56,722 bases of DNA from Myxococcota bacterium (GTDB lineage: Bacteria > Myxococcota_A > UBA9160 > SMWR01): positions 1-56,722 of the forward strand of contig JAZFWH010000208.1 of the NCBI GenBank assembly GCA_036482635.1. Direction: 5' to 3'. Under the pieces are notes generated by a model. The model saw nothing but the letters and a program-made list of their open reading frames with translations. It was not told the origin of the DNA and made no database searches. This document shows positions 37,790 to 47,356 of this stretch, piece by piece (the stretch's first letter is position 1; every line of letters starts with the position of its first letter). The translations under genes and the position numbers were made by a program.

Positions 37790-39678
37790 GCGAAGCCTCC
37801 TGGGCGGCGCCCCTGCGCCTCGGGCTGCTGGGCAGCCCGAACTCCGGCAAGACCACGCTCTTCAACGCACTCACGGGGATGCGCGCGAAGGTCGCCAACT
37901 ATCCCGGAGTCACGGTGGAGCGGCGGGAGGGGGAGACCGCCCTCGAGGGCCGGCGCGTCGCCGTCATCGACCTGCCGGGCACCTACAGCCTGGACCCGCT
38001 GAGCCCCGACGAGGACGTCGTGCTCAAGGCGCTGGAGGGCAAGCTCGCCGACGCCCCCGACGCGGTGGTGGTGGTCGCGGACGCCTGCTCGCTCGAGCGC
38101 TCGTTGCTGCTGCTGGGCCAGGTGCTGCGCCGCAACACCCCCACGTGCCTGGTGCTCACGATGACCGACGAGTTCGACGCCCGGGGCGGGCGGCTCGACT
38201 ACGCGCGCCTGGAGCGCGCGCTCGGCATTCCCGTGCTGGGCGTGGTCGGCCACAAGGGCCGCGGCCTGGTCGCCCTGCGGCGACTCCTCGCCAGGCCGGA
38301 GGGCTGGAGCCGGCCCCACCTCGTCCCGCCCGAGGACGCCGTGGGGCGCGCAGCGTGGGCCGACTCCATCCTGGCCAGCGTCGTTGCACAGCGCCCGGGC
38401 GCGAACCGCGTCACCGACGCCATCGATCGCGCGCTGCTTCACCCCGTGGCGGGAACGGCCGTCTTCGCCGCTGCGATGGTCCTCTTCTTCCAGCTCATCT
38501 TCGCCTGGGCACAGCCGGCGATGGACTTCATCGACGCGGGCGTCGGGCGGGGGTCGGCGGCGGTGCGGGCGCTGCTACCGGCTGGCCTGCTGGCGGACTT
38601 CCTCGCCGACGGGCTTCTCGCCGGGGTGGGCTCCGTGATCATCTTCCTGCCCCAGATCGTCCTGCTGTTCAGCCTGCTCTACCTGCTCGAGGACGTGGGC
38701 TACCTGGCACGGGCCGCCTTCGTCATCGACCGCGCGATGGGCCGGGTCGGTCTCGAGGGTCGCGCCTTCGTGTCGCTGCTCTCCTCCTACGCCTGCGCCG
38801 TCCCGGGAATCATGGCGACGCGCACCATTCCGTCGCCGCGCAATCGCCTCGTCACCATCCTGGTGGCGCCGCTCATGACCTGCTCCGCGCGCCTGCCGGT
38901 CTACGCGCTGCTGATCGGCGCCTTCGTGCCCGCAGTGACCGTCTTCGGACCGCTGGGGCTGCAGGGCCTCACGCTGCTCGGCCTCTACCTGTTCGGCCTG
39001 GCGTCGGCGCTGGGCGTCGCCGCGATCCTCAAGCGGACCATGCTGCGCGGAGACTCGATGCCCTTCTACATGGAGCTCCCGCCCTACCGCGTACCGACAC
39101 TGCGCCTGGTCGCGTCCCAGGTCTGGGGCAGCGCCTGGGCTTTCCTGCGCCGGGCCGGGACGATCATCCTGGCCGCGTCGATGGTGCTGTGGGTGCTGCT
39201 CACGTTTCCACGGGTGGAGCCGCCGGCGGAGCTGAGCGGCCGGGAGGCCAGCCTCTACGCGCTGGAGCGGAGCTTCGCGGGCAGGATCGGGCACGCCCTG
39301 GAGCCTGTCATCGAGCCCCTGGGCTTCGACTGGAAGATCGGGGTCGGCCTGCTCGCCAGCCTGGCCGCGCGCGAAGTGATGGTCGCGACCCTGGGGCAGA
39401 TCTACGCGATCACGGAAGACGGCGGCTCCCTGCGCGCGGCGGTCCGCGCCGACGTGGATCCGCGCAGCGGCCGGAAGGTCTTCAGCGGCGCGACCGTAGC
39501 CTCCCTGCTGGTATTCTTCGTGTTCGCGCTCCAGTGCGTATCGACGCTCGCCATCATGCGCCGGGAGACCAACTCGTGGGGCTGGCCCGCCTTCGCATTC
39601 GGCTATCTGCTCGCGCTCGCGTACGCGGCCAGCTTCGTCACCTACCGCGTCGCGGCCGCGCTGGGCGGCAGCGCGTGA
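37786..39678 (+). CDS. feoB: ferrous iron transporter B
   Basis: 630 aa. G-domain GSPNSGKTTLFNALTG, ANYPGVTVE, DLPGTYSL, then a polytopic permease domain. GTG overlaps the feoA TGA. Confidence 0.95.
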   Translation: MSEASWAAPLRLGLLGSPNSGKTTLFNALTGMRAKVANYPGVTVERREGETALEGRRVAVIDLPGTYSLDPLSPDEDVVLKALEGKLADAPDAVVVVADACSLERSLLLLGQVLRRNTPTCLVLTMTDEFDARGGRLDYARLERALGIPVLGVVGHKGRGLVALRRLLARPEGWSRPHLVPPEDAVGRAAWADSILASVVAQRPGANRVTDAIDRALLHPVAGTAVFAAAMVLFFQLIFAWAQPAMDFIDAGVGRGSAAVRALLPAGLLADFLADGLLAGVGSVIIFLPQIVLLFSLLYLLEDVGYLARAAFVIDRAMGRVGLEGRAFVSLLSSYACAVPGIMATRTIPSPRNRLVTILVAPLMTCSARLPVYALLIGAFVPAVTVFGPLGLQGLTLLGLYLFGLASALGVAAILKRTMLRGDSMPFYMELPPYRVPTLRLVASQVWGSAWAFLRRAGTIILAASMVLWVLLTFPRVEPPAELSGREASLYALERSFAGRIGHALEPVIEPLGFDWKIGVGLLASLAAREVMVATLGQIYAITEDGGSLRAAVRADVDPRSGRKVFSGATVASLLVFFVFALQCVSTLAIMRRETNSWGWPAFAFGYLLALAYAASFVTYRVAAALGGSA

Positions 39679-40529
39679 GGGACGCGGCCCTCGGCGCTCT
39701 CGCCCTGTTCCTGTGTGCGGCCCTGGGCGGCGGGTGCGCCACGCGCAACGTCCGCGAGGTCGCGTTCGAGTCGAAGGGGACGAAGGTCGAGTTGCGCACC
39801 CAGAAGAAGGGCACCCGGGTGGTCGAGCGAAACTTCGACCATCCGGCCACGATCGCCGGCGCCCGGCTCGCCCACATCCTCTCGCGCATCGACCTGCGCA
39901 TGGAGGCCAAGAAGGGCTCCAAGCGCGCGCCGGCCGTGCCCACCGAATCGCTCTACGTGATCGCCGACGGCCTCTCGCAGGCACTCAGCAAGGCGAATTC
40001 GAACCAGGAAATCGCGGTCCTGTCCATCTACAAGACCAAGCGCTTCGGGATCTTCGACCGCAAGTACCTGACCAGCTTCGTCGCGTACGTGCAGGAGGAC
40101 CTGCTCTACATCCACTTCTCCGCCTCGGACTGGAAGATCAAGACCCGTCACAAGAACGAGAAGCTCCCCCAACCGGCAATCGGCGAGTCGGTCATGCGCT
40201 TCCGCCTGCTGCCCTCCAAGGCCATGGCCCAGGTCGATTCGACCTCGCTCGCCGTGGACTGGCGCGACGAGATATTCCGCAGGCCCACGCGCACGCGCAT
40301 CACCGGGACCGGCCGCGTGGTGCGGCGCGAGATCCTGATGGAGAGCGAGCAGGAGCTCGAAGACGTCTCCAACGCGCCGACGATGCCCGAGCACCTCTCG
40401 CCGAGCACGCTGCGAGACCTGGCGGACGCCGAGGAGGGCAGGCTGAAGGGCGAGCTCAGCGAGGCGGAGTACCGGGCTCGCCGCCGCGAGATCCTGAAGG
40501 CCGCCGGGGCGCCGCCGCCCCCCGAATAG
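39675..40529 (+). CDS. putative lipoprotein with SHOCT-like C-terminal motif, translationally coupled to feoB
   Basis: GTG at 39675 overlaps the feoB TGA (GTGA). Signal peptide ALGALALFLCAALGGGCA has an imperfect lipobox. C-terminal GELSEAEYRARRREILKA resembles SHOCT. No family recognised for the ~230-aa core. Confidence 0.6.
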   Translation: MRDAALGALALFLCAALGGGCATRNVREVAFESKGTKVELRTQKKGTRVVERNFDHPATIAGARLAHILSRIDLRMEAKKGSKRAPAVPTESLYVIADGLSQALSKANSNQEIAVLSIYKTKRFGIFDRKYLTSFVAYVQEDLLYIHFSASDWKIKTRHKNEKLPQPAIGESVMRFRLLPSKAMAQVDSTSLAVDWRDEIFRRPTRTRITGTGRVVRREILMESEQELEDVSNAPTMPEHLSPSTLRDLADAEEGRLKGELSEAEYRARRREILKAAGAPPPPE

Positions 40530-40538
40530 CGGCATCCC

Positions 40539-40560
40539 CGGCGCGGCGCCCCCCGCGCCG
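40539..40560 (+). terminator. GC-rich hairpin after the lipoprotein gene
   Basis: CGGCGCGG-CGCCCC-CCGCGCCG, an 8-bp perfect stem, 10 nt after the stop codon. No U-tract. Confidence 0.4.
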
Positions 40561-40676
40561 ACGCCCCGAAGGCCCGGCAGCCGCGCTGCGTGTTCGCTGC
40601 ATCTTGTCACGCGGGCGCGGTTCCATACCCTGTTGGGCTTGCTCCGCCGGACCCGGAGCCCGCTGGAGACCCCCCG

Positions 40677-43600
40677 ATGAACGTCCTGCTCGAGATCGGC
40701 GCGATCGCCCTCGTCGCCGTGCTGGTGGCGCGCTTCGCCCGGCCGCCCTGGCGCAACCGCACCCTCAACCTGCTGAAGGTGGTCGTCACCTTCGAGGCCT
40801 TCCGGCTGCTGCTGACGCATCCGGTGACGATGGAGGACGGCAGCAAGGTCGTCGCGTGGCGGCTCGTGGTCGACACCGTCGGCGGGATCGAGCTCAGTAC
40901 GTTCCTGGTGTTCTGCGCCGCCGCGGCGGGCATCAAGTTCATCGGCATCCTCGCCTCGATGTACCGCTGGCAGGTCCTGCTGCGCGGGCAGGCGATCGAG
41001 CTGCCCTTCCGCCACATCTTCGGCTCGTTCCTGATCGGCCGCTTCATCGGAACCTTCCTGCCCAGCACCGCGGGCCTGGACGGCTACAAGCTGTACGACG
41101 CCGCGCGCTTCAGCGGCCGAACCGTCGAGGTCACCGCCACCACGGCGCTGGAGAAGGTGATCGGCGTCACCGGTATCTTCTCGTCGTTCCTGATCGCTCT
41201 GCCCTTCGGCTTCTCCCTGTTCGGTGACAACGCGGCCCTGATCGCTGGGGTCACCGTGCCCCTCTGCACCGGCCTGATCGGGGCACTCATGCTGGTGCTC
41301 TGGTTCCCCGGCATCATCCAGTGGTTCCTCGAGCACCTGCCCATCCCGGGCAAGGCGCGCCTCGAGGGCCTGGTGATGCGCGTCTCGCACTCGGCGGCCG
41401 CCTACCGCGGCCGGAAGCGGCTGGTGCTGCTGGCCTTCGCTCTCTCGTTCGTCGTCCACTTCACGACGGCCACCATGTACTGGTTCACCGCGCTGGCGAT
41501 CGGAGCCACGCAGGCCGAGTTCTGGCCCACCGTGCTCGGCTCTTCGGTGCAGATCCTGGCGACCGTCCTCTCGCCCTTCACCATCGCCGGCGAGGGGATC
41601 CGGGAGGCCGCGCAGTACTTCCTGCTCGGCAACGTGATCGGCCCCGCCAATGCGATCGTGTCGGCGGCCCTGGGCTTCTGGGCGGCCGAGGCGCTCACGA
41701 TGCTGGGGGCGTATTTCTGGTGGTTCCGGCCCAGGAACTACCACCCGGCCTTCTGCCGCGTGAACGGCGTCCAGGTCGACTACGCGGAGGCGGCGAAGGC
41801 GGCCGTCACGCTCGAGACGGACGAAGAGCGCGAGCGGCGCTCCGAGCGAGCGCTGTCGGCGCCGCCTCCCCTCTGGCAACGCGTGCGCCTGGGCGCCGCA
41901 CTCGGCCTGGCAAGCGGCCTGTGCGGCGGCCTGCTGATCGGCGCCGCCGAGTCGCTCGTGATCGCGCTGGGCGGCCTGGGCGGGGACGCCCAGGTGCTCT
42001 GGTACGGGCCCCTCGCCTACGCCGCGCTGCTGGGCGGACTCGGCTGCGCCGGCGGCGCGGCGCTGGCGGTCCTGCCGGTGGACCGCGAGGAAATCCGTGG
42101 CTGGACGCCCTCGCTGGTCCTGCTCGGCACGCTCCTGCCGTTCTCGCTGGCCATCTCGCTGTTCCGCATCCGCCGCGACGTGTTCCTCGAGCAGATGCCG
42201 CCGCTCCCGGTCCTGGCCGCGCTGCTGGGCGCCGCCGCGGCCGTGGCGCTGCTGCTCTTCCTGCTGGGCCCGCGCCTGTTCCGCACCCGCCTGGGCGACC
42301 TCGTGCGACCGCTCCCCGCGCTGGCCGCGCTGGGCGTCGTCGTCGCCGGCGGCGCCGTGGCGGGGCGCGTGCTGATGGGGAGCGGCGCCGATCGCCAGGC
42401 CCCGCCGCCGGTGCCCGCGGAGCTGCGCGAGCGGCCGAACGTGATCCTCGTGATGGTCGACACGCTGCGCGCCGACCACCTCTCCTGCTACGGCGCGCAG
42501 GACGTGAACACCCCGGCGCTGTGCAGCCTCGCCGGGGACGGCGGGGCGATCTTCGACGCCTACGCACACGCCTCCTGGACCAAGCCCTCGGCGGCGACGC
42601 TGCTCAGCTCGCTGCTGCCCTCGACCCACGGCGCCATCTCGAAGCCCGCGGCGCTCTCCGAGCAGGTGGAGATGCTCGCGGAGCCCATGCAGCGGAGGGG
42701 CTATGCGACGGGCGGCATCGTCTCCAACATCAACCTCGCACCGAGCTTCGGGTTCGACCAGGGCTACGACGAGTACCACTACCTGGCCCCCGACTACCTG
42801 GCCGGGGCGAAGGAGTCGTCCTCGAAGCTGATCCTCTACTCGATCGCGCGCGCGGTCTGGTTCAAGCGGAAGGGCGGCCTGCGAGTGGGCGACTTCTACC
42901 AGGACTCCGCCACCGTGAACGGCGTGGCCTTCGACTTCCTGGAGCGGCACCGCGACGCCCGCTTCTTCCTCTTCCTGCACTACATGGACCCGCACGACCC
43001 GTACTTCGTTCACCCGTACGACGGCCAGGCGATCGCGCGCGTGTCGAACCAGCACCCGGACGCCGCACTCGCCGCCGAGATGCGGCGGCTCTACGTCGGC
43101 GAGATCGAGTACCTCGACGCGAACTTCGCCGCCCTGCTCGAGAAGCTCCGCGAGCTGGACCTCTACGACGACACGCTGATCGCGCTGGTGGCCGATCACG
43201 GCGAGGAGTTCCAGGAGCACGACGGCTGGTGGCACGGACTCACCCTCTACGACGAGCAGATCCGCGTGCCCCTGCTGATCAAGTGGGGGGGGCGCGAGCG
43301 GTCGGTCGTGGGCGACGCCGGGGATCGCGTCGTCGGTCTGATCGACGTGGCGCCGACCCTGCTGGCCCGGGCCGGCGCCGAGATCCCGCCCGCCATGCAA
43401 GGCGTCGACCTGGCGGCCGAACCGCCGCCGGGAGATCGCATGGTCTTCGCCGAGGAGGACCACGAGGGCAACGTGCTGCGCGCCGTGCGCACCCGCGAGT
43501 GGAAGCTGATCGAGGTGATGGAGCAGCCGAGCCCGCGCGGCCTGAAGGCGCAGGAGCTCTACCACGTCGCCGAAGACCCGGGCGAGAGCCGCAATCTGCG

Positions 43601-43751
43601 GGCCGAGCGAGAGGAGATCGCGAGCGAGCTGCGCGCCCACGCCGAGGCCCAGGAGAAGCTCGCCAGGAGCCAGGCCACCGGCGCGGGCGAAGCGCGCCAG
43701 CTCACGGCCGCCGAGGAGGAGGCGCTCCGCGCGCTCGGCTACATCGACTAG
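40677..43751 (+). CDS. fusion protein: MprF-type flippase-like membrane domain (LPG_synthase_TM/UPF0104) + extra TM block + alkaline-phosphatase-superfamily (sulfatase-like) domain
   Basis: ATG at 40677 within track ORF 40590..43751. N-domain YRWQVLLRGQAIELPFRHIFGSFLIGRFIGTFLPSTAGLDGYKLYDA. C-domain VILVMVDTLRADHLSCYG...HASWTKPSAATLLSSLLPSTHG...LVADHGEEF. The sulfatase C/S-x-P-x-R position reads T-K-P-S-A. Confidence 0.8.
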   Translation: MNVLLEIGAIALVAVLVARFARPPWRNRTLNLLKVVVTFEAFRLLLTHPVTMEDGSKVVAWRLVVDTVGGIELSTFLVFCAAAAGIKFIGILASMYRWQVLLRGQAIELPFRHIFGSFLIGRFIGTFLPSTAGLDGYKLYDAARFSGRTVEVTATTALEKVIGVTGIFSSFLIALPFGFSLFGDNAALIAGVTVPLCTGLIGALMLVLWFPGIIQWFLEHLPIPGKARLEGLVMRVSHSAAAYRGRKRLVLLAFALSFVVHFTTATMYWFTALAIGATQAEFWPTVLGSSVQILATVLSPFTIAGEGIREAAQYFLLGNVIGPANAIVSAALGFWAAEALTMLGAYFWWFRPRNYHPAFCRVNGVQVDYAEAAKAAVTLETDEERERRSERALSAPPPLWQRVRLGAALGLASGLCGGLLIGAAESLVIALGGLGGDAQVLWYGPLAYAALLGGLGCAGGAALAVLPVDREEIRGWTPSLVLLGTLLPFSLAISLFRIRRDVFLEQMPPLPVLAALLGAAAAVALLLFLLGPRLFRTRLGDLVRPLPALAALGVVVAGGAVAGRVLMGSGADRQAPPPVPAELRERPNVILVMVDTLRADHLSCYGAQDVNTPALCSLAGDGGAIFDAYAHASWTKPSAATLLSSLLPSTHGAISKPAALSEQVEMLAEPMQRRGYATGGIVSNINLAPSFGFDQGYDEYHYLAPDYLAGAKESSSKLILYSIARAVWFKRKGGLRVGDFYQDSATVNGVAFDFLERHRDARFFLFLHYMDPHDPYFVHPYDGQAIARVSNQHPDAALAAEMRRLYVGEIEYLDANFAALLEKLRELDLYDDTLIALVADHGEEFQEHDGWWHGLTLYDEQIRVPLLIKWGGRERSVVGDAGDRVVGLIDVAPTLLARAGAEIPPAMQGVDLAAEPPPGDRMVFAEEDHEGNVLRAVRTREWKLIEVMEQPSPRGLKAQELYHVAEDPGESRNLRAEREEIASELRAHAEAQEKLARSQATGAGEARQLTAAEEEALRALGYID

Positions 43752-43788
43752 AGCCTCTCACGAACCGCCATCCACAGGCGCCCCCGCC
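43547..43788 (+). repeat. direct repeat copy A (3' 205 nt of the sulfatase-like CDS plus 37 nt downstream)
   Basis: Hand-aligned without gaps to 51033-51274 with 9 mismatches in 242 nt. Confidence 0.9.
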
Positions 43789-43807
43789 GATCGCGGCGGT
43801 GGGGCCC

Positions 43808-44812
43808 TCAGGCGGGAGACGCCTGATCCTTCCACATCGACTCCGCCAGGCGACGCAGCCCCTCCCCGATCGACACCGCGGGCTCGTAACCGAGGTCACG
43901 ACGGGCAGCGCGGATCTCGAACCAGTGCGCTGTCGATAGCTGGCGCGCGACGAAGCGAGTCAGCGGCGGCTCACTGCGGATCCGCAGCAGGCCGTAGACG
44001 AACTCGGCGAGCGCACCGATGCCGTAGGCGACGGACGACGGAATGTGCCGCGTCACCGGGGGCAGCCCAGCTGCGGCCAGGATACCGTTGGTGATCTCGG
44101 CGAGAGGCAGCGGCTCTCCGTTGCTGATGAAGTAGGCCTTGCCCGCACAGGCGGCGTGGGGTTCCAGACGATCCGCCGCAAGGATGTGGGCATCCGCTGC
44201 GTTGTCGATATAGACCGTGTCGATCATGTTGGACCGCTTGCCAATCAGGCACAGCCGCCCCGCCCGACCGCGGGCCACGATGCGGGGAATCAGATGGTTG
44301 TCGCCCGGACCCCAGATCAGATGGGGACGCAGGACCACGGTGCAGAGCTTCTCGCCGTTCGCCGCGAGCACTCTCTGCTCGGCAATTGCCTTGGTTCTCG
44401 GATAGTGAGCGGAAAACTCCTTCGCGTAGGGCAGCGACTCGTCACCGCCCTCGATGTCGCCGCCTGCGTGAACCACACTCGGCGTACTGGTGTACACGAG
44501 CTTCGTTACACCGTGAGCGCGGCAAGCCGCCAGCACGTTGTCGGTCCCGACGACATTGGTGCGGTGGTATTCCTCGTATGCGCCCCATACTCCCGGCAGC
44601 GCCGCCACGTGAAAGACCCGCTGGCAGCCTTCGACTGCGGCGGACACCGCCTCGGAGTCGCAGAGGTCTCCTCGTCGAACCTCGACGCCAAGCTTCTCGA
44701 GCTCCGGGTACGTGCCCCGGGAGAAGCTGCGCACGTCGTCGCCCCGTGCGAGCAGCCGCCGCACGATCGCACCACCGAGAAAGCCCCCTCCGCCGGTGAC
44801 GAGTGATCTCAT
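43808..44812 (-). CDS. oleD: OleD, NAD(P)H-dependent 2-alkyl-3-ketoalkanoate reductase (3beta-HSD/SDR-extended family)
   Basis: 334 aa. LVTGGGGFLGGAIVRRLL and YPRTK catalytic motifs. ATG overlaps the oleC TGA. Fourth gene of a colinear oleABCD set. Confidence 0.85.
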   Translation of the reverse strand: MRSLVTGGGGFLGGAIVRRLLARGDDVRSFSRGTYPELEKLGVEVRRGDLCDSEAVSAAVEGCQRVFHVAALPGVWGAYEEYHRTNVVGTDNVLAACRAHGVTKLVYTSTPSVVHAGGDIEGGDESLPYAKEFSAHYPRTKAIAEQRVLAANGEKLCTVVLRPHLIWGPGDNHLIPRIVARGRAGRLCLIGKRSNMIDTVYIDNAADAHILAADRLEPHAACAGKAYFISNGEPLPLAEITNGILAAAGLPPVTRHIPSSVAYGIGALAEFVYGLLRIRSEPPLTRFVARQLSTAHWFEIRAARRDLGYEPAVSIGEGLRRLAESMWKDQASPA

Positions 44813-46467
44813 GAGAGCTTTCGCGCCGCCCAGATGGCCAGCTTCTCGCGCCCGATCTTGGCATTGTGGCGGATGTCGACGGGGAATCCGCGGTGGTACA
44901 GCACGCAGCGGATGTCGCGGGTGTGCTCGTGCTCGGCGCCCAGCGCCAGCAGGTCACGCGTGAGCGTTGTGTCGGGCCGCACGCCCTTCTCGAGCTCCAC
45001 GCACAGCACCGGCCGGGTCTCTCCGTGGATCCGCGCTCCCACCAGTGCCGAACGATAGACCCTGGGATCCGCGTTGAAGACTGCCTCGCAGGGAACGGTG
45101 AAAAACGTGCGCGAAGTGGTTACCACGCGCTGGGTCTTGCGTCCGCAGAACCACAGCCGGCCCTGTTCGTCGAAACGGCCGAGGTCACCCATGCGATGGG
45201 AAAATCCTTCGCCCCGAGCGTCCCGGATCTTGGCCAATCTGGTGGCCCGCTCCCTTCGGAAGTAGGCGCGGGTGACCGGCGGACCTTTCACGACGATCTC
45301 CCCCACCTCGCCGGGAGGAACGCATAGGGCGTCGTCCCAGGTATCGATCGGACCGTCGTCGATGCGGATCAGGCTGACTCGCACAGGCGCCACCGGACGA
45401 CCTACGCAGATGCCTTCGCCTTGATCGCTTCGCTTGCGCGTTTCGCCCAGCACCTCGTCGCTGGCAATCGAGGCGACGGGCAGCGACTCGGTGGCGCCAT
45501 AGGGAGTGAAGATCTTTGCGTCCGACTCGAGCAGAGTCACGAAACGCTCCATTACCGTTGCGGAAACCGGCGCGCCGGCGGAGATCACCCGCCTGAGAGA
45601 AGGCAGCTTCACCCCGTGTTCCGCTCCATAGCGCCCCACGGTGTTGAGCAGGGCCGGCGAAGCGAACATGTTCGTGACACCGAAATCTTCGATCGCCTCG
45701 ATGATCTTCCGAGGGTCCACCCGCGCCGGGCGGGTCGGATCCATGTCGGGCACGATCGTGGTCATACCGAGCGCCGGATCGAAGAGTGCGAACAATGGGA
45801 AGGTAGGTAGGTCGATCTCCCCGGGACGGATGTCGTACAGTGTCCGGATCATCTCTACCTGGGCGGCGAAGTTGCCGTGGTCGTAGACCACGCCCTTGGG
45901 CACCCCCGTGCTGCCGCTGGTGAACACGATGGCCGCCACATCGCGCTCGCCGACCGGAGGAATCGGCTGCGGGGGCCGCTCGCGCCCGATTTCCTTCACC
46001 TGCGCGAGCGTATGGCCGCCCCAGAACAGGCGGCGTCCCAACGTGATCCGCGTCTTGATGGTCGCCCGGCCCCAGCCCAGAGCCACCCGTGCGGCGTGTG
46101 CCAGGGGGCTTCCGATGAAGGCCGCAGGTTCGGCCTCGCCCAGGCAAGTCGCGAGGCTTGCAAGGCCAATGCCCGGGTCGACCATGACCGGGACGGCGCC
46201 AGTCTTGAGCAGCGCGAAGGTGAGCGCAAAGAACTCCAGACTGGGGCGGACCATCAGGACCGTGCGCACACCGCGGCCCACACCCACCGCGTCCATGCCC
46301 CGAGCGATGAGATCGCTCTGGGCGTCGAGCTGGGCATAGGTGTAATGGGTGTAGCGGACCACGCCCTGCCGATCGCGGCCCTCGGGGTGGACGATGGCCA
46401 GCGCATGCGGCTGCTTTGCCGCCATCCGAGGCAGGAACGAGGCGATGCTGGCGAAGCTCTCGCTCAT
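44809..46467 (-). CDS. oleC: OleC, beta-lactone synthetase (ANL/AMP-dependent ligase superfamily)
   Basis: 552 aa. IVFTSGSTGVPKGV, YGATE, HRMGDLGRFDEQGRLWFCGRK, DIRHNAKIGREKL are typical of OleC-type 'fatty acid CoA ligase family' proteins. Overlaps oleB and oleD by 4 nt each. Confidence 0.85.
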   Translation of the reverse strand: MSESFASIASFLPRMAAKQPHALAIVHPEGRDRQGVVRYTHYTYAQLDAQSDLIARGMDAVGVGRGVRTVLMVRPSLEFFALTFALLKTGAVPVMVDPGIGLASLATCLGEAEPAAFIGSPLAHAARVALGWGRATIKTRITLGRRLFWGGHTLAQVKEIGRERPPQPIPPVGERDVAAIVFTSGSTGVPKGVVYDHGNFAAQVEMIRTLYDIRPGEIDLPTFPLFALFDPALGMTTIVPDMDPTRPARVDPRKIIEAIEDFGVTNMFASPALLNTVGRYGAEHGVKLPSLRRVISAGAPVSATVMERFVTLLESDAKIFTPYGATESLPVASIASDEVLGETRKRSDQGEGICVGRPVAPVRVSLIRIDDGPIDTWDDALCVPPGEVGEIVVKGPPVTRAYFRRERATRLAKIRDARGEGFSHRMGDLGRFDEQGRLWFCGRKTQRVVTTSRTFFTVPCEAVFNADPRVYRSALVGARIHGETRPVLCVELEKGVRPDTTLTRDLLALGAEHEHTRDIRCVLYHRGFPVDIRHNAKIGREKLAIWAARKLS

Positions 46468-47354
46468 TCGCTCGGGGGGTCGGCCAGGAATCGCTCGACC
46501 AGCGCGAGGATCTCGTCGCTCGCGTCTTCCAGCACGTAGTGGCCACAGTCGGGGAAGCGGTGCACCTCAGCGTCGGGAAGATGTTGCTGCCACACGTCGA
46601 GGAAGTGATGGTCGAACACGAAGTCCTTCTCGCCCCAGCAGATGAGCACCGGGGTGTCGGCAAACGACCCGAGCTTGCTCTCGACCTCGCTGATCAGATC
46701 GTAGCCACGGTCACCGGCCCGAAGAGGAATGTCCTGGACGAAGCGAAGCGTCGCGATGCGATTCTCCCAGGAGTCGTAGGGGGCGCAATAGGCGTCCCGC
46801 ACTTCCTTGGACAGGCGCCGTCGCGTGCAGCACACCCAGGCCGCGCCCCGGCTGAAGGCATTGAAGCGCCGGACCATGAACGCGGCGAACGATGTGTTGC
46901 GCACCCACCACAGCGCCGTCGGCAACTTCTTGGCTTTCGGCAGGTGGAAGGCGGCGGTATTGAGAAGCACCAGGCGGCGAATGCGATCGGGGTGACGCAC
47001 GGCCCAGGACATCCCGATCATGCCGCCCCAATCGTGCATCACCAGCGTCAGCTTCTGGTCGAGACCCAGGTCGTCCAAGAGTGCGTCGAGATCGTCGACC
47101 CGACGCTCGAGTGAGTACTCGTAGCGCGTGTCGTCGGGCTTGTCGGACAGGCCGCAACCGATGTGATCCGGAACGATGATCCGATACCGGTCGCGCAGGC
47201 CGCGCACCAGGTCGCGGTAGTAGAACGACCAGGTGGGGTTTCCGTGGAGCATGACGACCGGCTCGCCCTTGCCCTCGTCGAGATAGTGGTACCGCAACCC
47301 GCCGAGGTTGAAATGGCGGCCCTCGAAGGGATACAGCGAGGTCGAGACTCGCAT
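46464..47354 (-). CDS. oleB: OleB, beta-lactone decarboxylase (haloalkane-dehalogenase-like alpha/beta hydrolase)
   Basis: 296 aa. VVMLHGNPTWSFYYR, nucleophile motif VMHDWGG, C-terminal CGHYVLED. Confidence 0.85.
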   Translation of the reverse strand: MRVSTSLYPFEGRHFNLGGLRYHYLDEGKGEPVVMLHGNPTWSFYYRDLVRGLRDRYRIIVPDHIGCGLSDKPDDTRYEYSLERRVDDLDALLDDLGLDQKLTLVMHDWGGMIGMSWAVRHPDRIRRLVLLNTAAFHLPKAKKLPTALWWVRNTSFAAFMVRRFNAFSRGAAWVCCTRRRLSKEVRDAYCAPYDSWENRIATLRFVQDIPLRAGDRGYDLISEVESKLGSFADTPVLICWGEKDFVFDHHFLDVWQQHLPDAEVHRFPDCGHYVLEDASDEILALVERFLADPPSE

Positions 47355-47356
47355 TC

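Noticed and set aside
40677-43751. Annotating the C-terminal domain as a true (formylglycine-dependent) sulfatase.
   Set aside because: The C/S-x-P-x-R signature is replaced by T-K-P-S-A. The fold assignment is kept, but the sulfatase activity call is not supported.
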